Below, one piece after another: positions 25,620-35,639 of a stretch of 64,000 nt of DNA. The stretch's first letter is position 1, and every line of letters starts with the position of its first letter. The notes beneath the pieces are model-generated. The model saw nothing but the letters and a program-made list of their open reading frames with translations, ran no database searches and was not told the origin of the DNA. Location of the stretch: contig OZ024743.1 of NCBI GenBank assembly GCA_964016885.1, positions 370,512,001 to 370,576,000 on the forward strand. Reading direction: 5' to 3'. A program made the translations under genes and the position numbers. The DNA is from Eledone cirrhosa (taxonomy: Eukaryota).

Positions 25620-26293
25620 ATTATTTACTTCTAGCTGACTAGATAGAAATTGATTAACAAGTAACCACTAATGTTGGTTGTTGTTTCACAATGTGGGTGT
25701 CATTGTCATTGTTGTCATCATCCCAGTTGCACATTAATCATTGGGAGCAGTGGAGAGGAAAGTCATTGGTTTTCTGGGCCTTCACCATCCTGGCATGTTA
25801 TTTGACTGTCTTTCATGGCATTTCAGTGGGCTTTAGAATGCTTGCTGGTCCCCATCCATCCTCAATAAGTTTAGCCTGCCAGCAGAAGCAGTTTCCAAGA
25901 TGTGGTTGAAAACATTTTTAGAGTCAATGTAACCATCCATCTCTAAGGATGCTGCTGCTGGACATCAAGGTATTCTCTCTACCTGAACACCCAACTAATA
26001 ACTAATAATCACTAATGTTAATTACTTAAGGAATTGTTATACACCTCTTTACCTTTCAATCTTTTAGTTTTCATATTTTTACCATTAGAAAATCATCACA
26101 CTAATCTGATAACCTTTGTCTATCTATTTGAGCATAAGGCTAATTTTTGTAGGATATATGTACAGTCGATCAAATTAACCACAGTATATTACTGGTACAT
26201 AATTTATTGACCTTGCTTAAATGAAAGGTAATGCTGGTATGTTGAACATAAAAACACAAAACTAACGGTGCAGGTTTGGCAGAGAAACCATGG

Positions 26294-26436
26294 CAGGTGT
26301 AGAAATGGTTGTGTAGTTAAGAATTTTTCTTCACAACCACATGGTTTTAGGCTTGGTCTCACTGCATGGTAACATTGAGTGGAGCGGTGTCATCTGTGTG
26401 AAATTTGGTTTACAAAAACTGTGTAGAAGTGTCCAT

Positions 26437-26473
<37 letters not shown>

Positions 26474-26690
26474 ATGCATTTGCCTATGCCTGGTCTTCCT
26501 ATTACACAGCTTTAAAAAAACAGTGCCTCTTGCTTGCTGGTTCAATGGATGAGGATCAGTCAAATGAATACCATTCTTGAAAATAGCAAATGTTGCCGTC
26601 AGGGAAGGTATCTGACCATAAAATATTGCCCCAAAAATATTTATCCTGTCGATACCAGCATGGACAAATGGTTGTGAAAAGCATGAGAAT
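26294..26690 (+). mobile_element. Degraded SINE with a tRNA-like head and an RTE-type tail
   Basis: Head ggtgtagaaatggttgtgtagttaagaa...caaccacatggtt, an internal (TA)n/(TG)n tract, and tail cagggaaggtatctgaccataaaa...ataccagcatggacaaatgg resembling RTE 3' ends. Confidence 0.5.
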
Positions 26691-27142
26691 GATTACTGTA
26701 ATTGATGTAGTTTGTTGCTTTAATGTCTCAACTATGTCCATTAATACTATTGTAACTGATATTAATATGTTAGTTTTGCAGAATTATAAGAGTGCTTAAC
26801 TGTTCACATTTCGTTTCATCTTTCTACATCAGAATCAGCTTTGCCAATTGATTAAACTAGTAACAGTAATGTAATTTATTCTTGAGTCTAATGAAAATTA
26901 TCAATACTCTAAAAATCATTTGTGTATATATCTAACAAAATTCTTATCAAACTTGATTAAATATCTAACAGTATTTAACATTATCACAGAGATAAACTGT
27001 GGCATTCATATCTCGAGGATCAATAAAATATATACCTGTAATATACAGAAATTGATCACAAATCTTCTCACTTTTAGAAATTGGTCTCATCCCTAATCCA
27101 AACCAATCAATATTTTAATCTGTATTCTTTTTATTTGTATAG

Positions 27143-27290
27143 GTGAGAAAAGAAAATTTAGATTAGTTGGTGGCCGAACTTTGATGTCAGGATCTGTGGA
27201 AATGCTTTATTATTCAAGATATTTGCCTGTTTGTGCATCCTCATATAGGGAAAAAGGTGTTCAAGAAATCTGTGCTATACTTGGTACCAA
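27143..27290 (+). CDS. Exon D: N-terminal half of an SRCR domain
   Basis: Acceptor ttatttgtatag, donor AA|gtaaat; 148 nt, phase 1-2. Encodes SEKRKFRLVGGRTLMSGSVEMLYYSRYLPVCASSYREKGVQEICAILGT, matching the SRCR pattern RLVGG..G.VE....VC....C..LG. Confidence 0.9.
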
Positions 27291-28845
27291 GTAAATATTT
27301 CATTCTATATTCATTACAACTATTAATATATTCTCAATGTCAAAATCATTGCAATTTTAAGAAAATATCTCATTTTGTGTGTTTTAATACAAATAGTGTA
27401 CACATACACACATATACAGATACATATACAAAAGAAACAAAAAAATGTAGCTATTTTAATCAAAGTCTACAATATAAAATATTAACTTTAGCCTAGATTC
27501 CATTTAGAATCCAGCTGTTTCTTTCTGTTAGTATAAGAAAAATATAATGGAGAAAAACTTAAAGCTCATTTTAAAAAATTATCTTTTACTACAAAAATTC
27601 ATAATTTTTATAATTTGATGCTGACTCTCTAATAAAACCATACAACAACTACAAACACATGAGTAAATAAAAATATGAGATCTTCATGAGATTTGCAACC
27701 ACCACTCCTTATTGACTAACACCTGGTGCAAGAGTATTATCCTACACCAAGAGGTCCGGTTTGTTGAAGAAGAGACAGAGAACTATAATGGAGATGATAA
27801 ATGGTAATTTCTTTGAGAAAACCTACTGTGAGTTACAAGTAAGACCTTGAAATGGAGCAAGGTTCCAGCCAAACAGTAATATTTAGACTAATCTGTGCTA
27901 CTCTATTGAGGACCTTCACTGCATAAACAAATGCTATATAGTGGCTTAAGCTTAGTTAGAAACTTTCCCTGTACTTGTTTCATGAGAAAGAAGCATCAAT
28001 AGTACCTCATCCTGAAACAAACTTAAGCTGTCTCTCATCTAAGATAATTCACTTCCTAATTATCTGTGCTATGACTTTCTTACTTTTAAAATTTGACCTC
28101 ATAATTTGACACCATCTTAGTTGCTTTTTTCTAGAGCATTCCCCTTATCCTTGAAGTAATTGATGATGATACTGCAATGTCTGTCATTAAAGACACCACT
28201 ATGTGCTACCTAATTGATTATAGAAATGACTACACTGCTTGCAAGCCTCTGACTCTGACTCTGCAGGACATTGTCAAACCTCTTTCAGCATTTCTCCTTG
28301 ATAAATGTACCTGATATTTAACAATTATAAATATAAATAGATTTCTTTTAAATAAAACCTATGCAATATGGAACAGATATATAATGTGCTGGATTGTTGG
28401 CCTCATGCTAATAAATTCAAACTTCATAATACTTTACTCTGTTTGCTCCAATTTGCCTGACAAGACATGAAAATAAAAATAGGTTTTATTCCTATTTTGG
28501 GGTTGAATGGTGATGCCCAGTAAAACAATTGCCCCAATTAAATGAACCATCCCATCTATACATGCAAAACATAGCTGAGTGGTTAGCATTAAAAAGGGCA
28601 TCAATCAATAAAAATCAGTTGCTCCAACAAATAGATCATCCTACATAAACAAACATTGTGAAATGGTTGTAAAACTGCAAAAATATAAATAAATGGAATA
28701 TTAAATGCACTATACAATTTGAAATATGAATTATGCATCATGAAGTATAAAAAAATGAAATATGCAATTTAAAGTAAGAAATATGCAATATAAAGTATAA
28801 AATATGAAATATGCAATATAAAGTATGAAATATACAATATAAAGT

Positions 28846-29375
28846 TTCCATAGTTTCCAGAATAAGGACGGGTTGGAAGAAGTTTAGGGAGCTGCTTCCT
28901 CTGTTGACAAAGAAGGGTTTCTTCCTATGAACAAAAGGCCGGTTATATGATGCCTGTGTGAGATGCACGATGCTGCATGGTAGTGAGACATGGGCAGCAG
29001 CTGTGGAATATATGCAACGGCTGGATAGAAATGAAGCAAGCATGCTCCGTTGGATGTGCAATGTCAATGTGCGTTAACGACCAAGCATAGATGAGTTAAG
29101 AGAGAAACTGTGTATAAGAGAGAAGACTATGCACATGGAGGATGACCACTGGGTGAAGAAGTGCCAAGAAATCCCAGTAGAAGGAGGACGCAGTTGAGGA
29201 AGACCACGAAAAACAAGGGCAAAGGTTGTGAGGGCAGACCTCAGATCGCTGAAGCTCACGGAGGAGATGACAAGGGACTGTGTCGAATGGAAAGATGCCG
29301 TGCTTAATAAGACACATCCCACCTTTGCAAGCAAAGAAAAGCAGACGTAAAATGCTGATGATGATGTTGATGATG
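28846..29375 (+). mobile_element. RTE LINE 3' fragment
   Basis: RIRTGWKKFRELLPLLTKKGF..KGRLYDACVRCTMLHGSETW..RLDRNEASMLRWMC; ends in a (GAT)n tail. Confidence 0.88.
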
Positions 29376-29472
29376 AAAGTATGAAATATGCAATATGAAA
29401 TATACAATATAAAGTATGAAATATACAATATAAAGTTTGTAATATGCAATATAAAGTATGAAATATGCAATA

Positions 29473-30293
29473 TCTATATATATAAAACTGAGGATGTCTG
29501 TCTGTGTGTGTGTGAGTTCGAATCCCTAAAACTCGAGAACCACCCAACCGACTGTTTTCAAACTTTACACATGTAATACTTATGTTTCAGGGAGTGTTCT
29601 GAGCAAAAACGATTTCAAATTTTCAATGCCCTAGGGACCGCATTAGGCGATTTAGCGATCTCTCTCTATAATTCTTAGTCTTTCTCTTTTTAGATAGGTA
29701 CATACATATAACGTCGCGCCGTTATAATATCTGTCTGTATGTCTGGCTGTCTGCATTACGTCACTTCCCTGAGGATGTCTGTCTGTGTCTGTGTGTGTGT
29801 GTGTATGTGTGTGTCTGAGTTTGAATCCCTAAAACTCGAGAAGTACCCAACCGATTGCGTTTTTTAAGGTTTTTATGTCAGACTGATTTCCTTGAAATTG
29901 TAACTATGTATTAGTCAGTCTCTTCTTCATACCGTGAGCAAAGAAAATCCAACTTGTTTATGGCCTAGGGCCCGCATTAGGTGAAAAACTTCAATTTTTC
30001 AGCTTTTTAGGGCTTTTTGGAGGCGTTACGTCTAGCCGATTTTCCCGAAATTTCAGGGCATATTATGCACATAAAAAAAATTTATTTTCTTGATCCCCTA
30101 GGGCCCGCATTAGGTGAAAACCTGCATTTTTCCTGCTTCATTGAGGAAAATCTTAAAGATTATCCAGCCATCAGAGTATTCAGTTTATTTTCTTTACATA
30201 TTGTCCAGGCATGCTGTTTCTCCATGATTAGGTCTGTTGGCGGCCCGCGTTCCAAAATACCTTATCCCGTGTAACGCCGGGTACCACTGCTAG
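29473..30293 (+). mobile_element. Non-autonomous Helitron (821 bp)
   Basis: 5' TC (TCTATATATATAAAA), 3' CTAG, subterminal hairpin cccg...cggg, inserted between A and T with no TSD. Contains internal (TCTG)/(TG) microsatellites and an internal duplication of the 5' block near 29769. Confidence 0.85.
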
Positions 30294-30503
30294 TGCAATA
30301 TAAAGTATGAAATATGAAATATGTAATATGTAATATAAAATATGCAATATAAAGTATGAAATATGCAATATGAAATATGCTATATAAAGTATGAAATATG
30401 AAATATAAAGTTTGTAATATGCAATATCAAGTATGAAATATGAAATATGTAATATGAAATGAATTATGATAAATGATTATCTTGCTTTTGTTTTCATTCA
30501 CAG

Positions 30504-30658
30504 TGGCACTGTAACAAAACAAACCAAGTATAAAAATATTGAAGGAGAATATTATTCATGTTACTATCACTATTATTCGTCCAATTATACCTGCAATATG
30601 AAGACATGTTTTAGCAGATGTTATTGCTATTCACTCTATGTGACTTGTTCCAATACAA
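30504..30658 (+). CDS. Exon E: divergent Tyr/Cys-rich C-terminal half of the SRCR domain
   Basis: Acceptor ttttcattcacag, donor A|gtaagt; 155 nt, phase 2-1, which exactly bridges exons D and F. Encodes (N)GTVTKQTKYKNIEGEYYSCYYHYYSSNYTCNMKTCFSRCYCYSLYVTCSNT, ending in an SRCR-type LxVxC. Confidence 0.82.
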
Positions 30659-31182
30659 GTAAGTTGTGTCTCTTTATTTATACTTTGAGGTAGTATGAGT
30701 CCCAGTGAGAAAGATAACAAGCTGCTGATATCTTCAAACTACAATACAGTTTCAGTTCCTTGTTAACTCTTTGATACCAAACTGACTGAAAACATTCCTG
30801 ATTCTATGATACAAAACTGTTTGTTTTAAAGTGTTTATATTCATCTAAAAACCTTCCATCATAATACTATTTCAGATCGTTTGTTAAATTATATTTCAAA
30901 TACTAGATAAAGATTTTTAAAATGATATTACTAAATCTCTTCAAATTCTTGATTATTTTCAAAATTATTTGAAAATCCTTGACAGTGTGTTTCAATAGAA
31001 GTATGGTATTGAAAGATTTTTTTTCCTTTAAGTTAATAACACCATTTAGAAAATTATGTGCAATGCAGCTTTTCATAAAAGTTTTAAAAAACTAAAAAGT
31101 AGTGCTGCAAAATTGTATGAATTAAAAAAAATAAATGCTTGACATTGAAGTCTAAAAGTCTAAAGTTTGTCTTAAATCTGGA

Positions 31183-31430
31183 AGCTCATCAGTCCAATGC
31201 TTATCCTAGTTTCCATGGCATCAAATGACTGAGAATACAAGACTCCCCCACTAGACAGGAAACCGGTCCATTGCAGGGTTAAACTCATAGCTATGGCTGG
31301 TACTCATTTTCAGCTGTGTGTACTGGAGCAATGTGAAATGAAGTGAACACACAACCCAGTTCAGGAATCAAGCCCACAACATTATGATCATGAGTCTAAC
31401 AACCTTACCAGTTGGCCACGTGCTTCCACA
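31183..31430 (-). mobile_element. SINE, second family
   Basis: Colinear with 17180-17420 (gctcatcagtc...gctggtactcattttcag...gcaatgtgaaatgaagtg...ttatgatcatgagtc). Confidence 0.72.
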
Positions 31431-31494
31431 TTGAAGTAATTAAATAAATTCCTGTCCATCACATACCTTCAACTATTGTCCTTGTATTTAAATA

Positions 31495-31701
31495 ATGGTT
31501 TCTGATTTACGCACAAGGCCAACAATTTTTTGTGATTAAATTGACCCCAGTTTATTACTGGTGTTTTATTTTATCGATCCTGTAAGGATAAAAAGCAAAG
31601 CTAACCTCAGTGGCATTTTAACTCAGAATGTAAAGGGCTGTAACATTATGCCACAAAGCATGTTGTCCAATACTCTACTGATACTGTCCATTCACTGCCC
31701 T
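31495..31701 (-). mobile_element. Older full-length copy of the main SINE family
   Basis: gcacaaggcc...actggtgttttattttatcgatcctgtaaggataaaaagcaaagctaacctc...ctctactgatactgtccattcactgccc is the reverse complement of the 19386-type SINE. Confidence 0.8.
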
Positions 31702-31813
31702 CATGCAGCTAAATAATAATACTAAATAGGCAGTGCAGTAAGTTTCAATCAAAATCAAATTAGAATGATCTTTTAATAACTAGTTGATAGCATTTCACAC
31801 TATTTACACTGAT

Positions 31814-31943
31814 AACACTCCCTGAAACATAAGTATTACATGTGTAAAGTTTGAAAACAGTCGGTTGGGTGGTTCTTGAGTTTTAGGGATTCGAACTCAC
31901 ACACACACACACAGACAGACATCCTCAGTTTTATATATATAGA
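31814..31943 (-). mobile_element. 5' end (130 bp) of the same non-autonomous Helitron, inverted
   Basis: Near-identical reverse complement of 29473-29600. Confidence 0.9.
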
Positions 31944-32129
31944 TAGTATTCTGTGATACTTGTATTTACGTGGCTTGAAGAGCCACCAACTTATTGTACG
32001 AATATTTCATGTTATAGATTTTATCATTTAATATTCAAATTGAATATTGTTATAATAAAATAAACATTGTAACAACACAATCCTAGTATTATTCTTTGCA
32101 TTGAAACCATCATACCAACAATTCCATCT

Positions 32130-33250
32130 AATCGTTACAGATTCATTCCATCATTTACAATAGCGTCTCTCAAGTGGATGTATTGCTCTGTTCTAAGTTT
32201 AGCTTGGTTGTTTTTAATGAATGCCAACTGTTCAGTTTCAATCTTGGCATAAACATCTACCATTAATTGGCTTGTTATTCTTCCCATTTTTAGGATATGG
32301 TTAAAGCAATCTCTTACCATGAAATGGAATGCATAAAAGTATTTGCAACTGACCAGTTTATTAGTTTCTTTGCCCGTACTTGGGTTTATTTGTCTTAAGG
32401 CAAAATTTTATCCCTCCTGACCTCTCCAAAAAATCAAAGGATACTGAAGTGCATTGTGTGCTCTGTGTGTCTCTGCAATTCTTCATAAATGACCAGATCT
32501 CTCCTGTACAATAATGTATCTGGATCCATACTGTTTGTTGACCATCAGTACAGCTACTTCATCTTACGGTAGTTTGTTTTAATGCTTTTTGTGTACTTTT
32601 CCTGGGTTTTTTATCAGGTCTAATAGTAAATTTATACACGAGGTTTGCATGTGCTTTTTTCTAAGGCAAATTTGAATACTCTTTTGCCATAATTGTTTTC
32701 ATGAAACAAATTTTGCAGACTGCTAATAACTTGTAGCTGAAGACCACCGGAAATATTGCTGCATTGCTGAGTAGCTTCTTGTTCGTTGTTGCCCAAAAAG
32801 TAAACTTGAATGAATTTTGGATCCTCATTGGGATGGGGGAGTAAACTGCTGATTAAATGGTAGCATTGGCCTTGGATTTTAAATGTTGTGAAATAACCAT
32901 AGTCAGTATGATCTTTTTCAGCTCAAAGGACATCACCTGAAATGCAGCATTATACCACATAATATTGCTCCTGAAGTGTTTAGCGTCGTTAGCATGGTCT
33001 GTAAGCAGTATGCAGATAACAGGCGGAGGGTTCTCTATCAGTGGAAGTCTGACCTTTTTTCCTAATCAACACATGCCAAGTGTTTCACCTTTCCATTTTC
33101 TCACTCCACAACTACTGCATATAATATCCATGTAACCAATCATGAATTTAGGATCATTTCTATAATTTCTCGATGGATCACATGAAAACACAGCTCTTAG
33201 CCAGCTTATTCTGCCTTGAAAACTCCTTTGTGCCTATCAAATCTGCATCA
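32130..33250 (-). mobile_element. Helitron Rep/helicase N-terminal coding fragment (pseudogenised)
   Basis: Minus-strand motifs YNAAFQVMSF, TFKIQGQCYHLISSLLP..PKFIQVYF, ALQYPLIFWRGQEG and QLMVDVYAKIETEQLAFIKNNQAKLRTEQYIHLRDAI match the Helitron_like_N region. Confidence 0.85.
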
Positions 33251-33878
33251 CATCTCTTATTGCCACTAGGTGATTTTCATATTGAACCTCCATTTGTTGT
33301 GATCATCTTTCTTCTTGCCTTAATCTTTCAGTTTCCCGTCTCAGGTTCTCTTCACTTTCAGAAAGTTGTGATCATCTTTCTTGTCTTAATCTTGTTGTTT
33401 TCCATCTCATATCCTGTTGAATGCCAGTGTTGAGATGGTCATTCTTGTTGCCTGGCCCTTTTACTCTCAAGTCTTTTTGTATATTGTTCTTGATTTTGTT
33501 TCACTTGAAGATTTCATTTGTTTGGTGGACCAAGTAGCCCTTCTGATATATGAGCAGTGGTCTGATGACATGTTGAAATAAATGGTCTTGGAAAATATTG
33601 TGAAAAACATCAATGAAAAGAAATATAAAAATACAGATAAATGCAAAATAGCAGTTGATCTTATATGGCAGTCCTAGATAGGTTGACACTGTCGGAATTA
33701 GATCAGTAACAATATGCAACAATATCCCCCCAAAACATTATTAATATATGCCGTACATTAATTTCAAATAACATGAATTGTATCATGAGAGATTGTCAGT
33801 TTTCCTTTTTGTGTGATGCACAAAGATACCAACCAACAAACAACTCTCTTTCATATTATAATATAATATATATATATA

Positions 33879-34318
33879 TGACCATCTTCCCATTCCACGG
33901 TGGAAAACTCCTCGTCTGGGATGCCGCTTGCAGCGACACTTTCTCCAGCCGCAACCTGGTGCAGTCTGCGACTAACCCAGGTACTGCTGCACGTCGGGCT
34001 GAGGAGGCCAAACTCTCCAATTACTGGTCGCTCTCTGACAGGTTCACGGTCGTACCCTTGGCAGTGGAGACTTCTGGTGTCCTTGACCCTAGGGCTACCT
34101 CCCTACTCACCACCATAGGCACTGAGCTGGCCAGCCACAGGTGTGAGCCTCGCGAGTTGGAATGGCTTTTCCAGCGCATCTCCCTTACCATCCTCCGAGG
34201 AAATGCCTTCTCCATCCTGTCCTCCGGGGCTGTGGGGAGGCCAGCATGTGGGACCCCATTTGCTCACCATGCGGATTAATAGGCAAAGTTATAAACTATT
34301 ATAAATAAAATAAAAAAA
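33879..34318 (+). mobile_element. CRE-clade non-LTR retrotransposon 3' fragment (restriction-like endonuclease)
   Basis: MTIFPFHGGKLLVWDAACSDTF...AEEAKLSNY...FTVVPLAVETSGVL...LFQRISLTILRGNA. Its 3' end is shared with the element at 59184; A-rich tail; (TA)n flanks. Confidence 0.85.
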
Positions 34319-34333
34319 GTTAATTTCGGTTAG

Positions 34334-34390
<57 letters not shown>

Positions 34391-34443
34391 AGAAAGTATC
34401 ACACCAAGAAAAATATAGACTTTGGGGGAAAAGGAATTTATTG

Positions 34444-34548
34444 GCTTTAACATATGTTTCTGGGTCTATTATAATCGTCTACTGACTATAATATATATTG
34501 ATCAGTCATAAGCAATACTTAATTAAATATCACACTTCTTCAGAAAGC
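34444..34548 (-). ncRNA. Degenerate type I minimal hammerhead-ribozyme-like motif (Penelope-type)
   Basis: Minus strand reads GCUUU-CUGAAGA-[long imperfect stem II]-GAAA-C-AUAU-G-UU-AAAGC. The stem II closing pair is mismatched. Confidence 0.45.
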
Positions 34549-34802
34549 TTATAATTATTTGTGGTAGTGAACTTCCACCATGTAGTAGAATTCAAGAATG
34601 AGAAGTTCAGTATAAAAATGGTATTTATGTTTAAGAAAATATAATAGAACAAAAATAAATCAAAATGACAATAAAATAAAATACATTTATTCCATTGCTG
34701 TATTTACTTTTTGATTGTTAGTTCATTCTTGTGTGGTACGAAAATGAACTAACCAACAAACATCTCTCTTTTATCTTATGTATATATTTCATTACAACTT
34801 AG

Positions 34803-35140
34803 AAGGCACATGATTTCGTGGTTACAGTGTTGGGTCCATAATCATGAGGTTATGAGTTCAATTCCCAAACCAGGCAGTGTGTTGTGTCCTTGAGCAAGCC
34901 ACTTTATTTTATATTGCTCGAGTTCACTCAGCTGGAAAAAAATAAGTTGTAATGTCACTGGTGCCAAGCTCTATCAACATTTGACTTTCTCTTGGAGAAC
35001 ATCAGTGATATAGAGATGGGAGACTAGCATGCATGGGTGGCTACTGATCTCCCACAGAAAAACTTTTTTAGGCTTGTGCCTCAGAGAAGAACTTTCAATA
35101 TGTAAATCTATGGCCAGTCATGATCAAAGGATGAGGGGGT
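34803..35140 (+). mobile_element. SINE, second family
   Basis: tRNA-like head with B-box gagttcaattccc, followed by gtgttgtgtccttgagcaagccacttt. Confidence 0.72.
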
Positions 35141-35301
35141 CTTCCATCATCTTCCTCCTCCTGCTCCTCTCCTCTTCTTCTTCATCCTTCTCCCTCTCCC
35201 CTCTCCTCCCACTCCACTCCTCCATCTTCCTCTTCTTCCTCTTTCTACTTCCCTCCTCCCAATATATTCATATATTCCTTTCTGCTCTGTATGTCTTCAA
35301 G

Positions 35302-35433
35302 CTTGTGAAGTTGGTGAGGTGAAATGCCCTGATGATCGCAATGGAACCAATTCTAATGGTGCATGCATTCGCAAAGATAGTTTATGTGATGGACAATATG
35401 ATTGTGAAGGTGGCACTGATGAAGAGAATTGTG
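35302..35433 (+). CDS. Exon F: LDL-receptor class A repeat
   Basis: Acceptor gtcttcaag, donor G|gtaagc; 132 nt, phase 1-1. Encodes TCEVGEVKCPDDRNGTNSNGACIRKDSLCDGQYDCEGGTDEENC. Confidence 0.92.
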
Positions 35434-35639
35434 GTAAGCAGATAGATTTCTTGTTTTTTATTATATTATAAGATGACTTTATTATATTTAACAAATTTAT
35501 CAGCTAGACGTGATTTGGAGGCTTAGAATGTAAAAAGATATGTCATGTGATGTTGATATTGACACTTCAAGAAGTACTCAATGTCGAAAACAAAAATACG
35601 TTTTAACAAACCACCTCATTCAAAACATTTAATGTTTTA

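Larger units (their letters stand above)
28690..30460. repeat. AT-rich minisatellite (7-bp subunits, ~21-bp unit AAATATGCAATATAAAGTATG) split by two insertions
   Basis: Blocks at about 28690-28845, 29376-29472 and 30294-30460. Confidence 0.85.
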
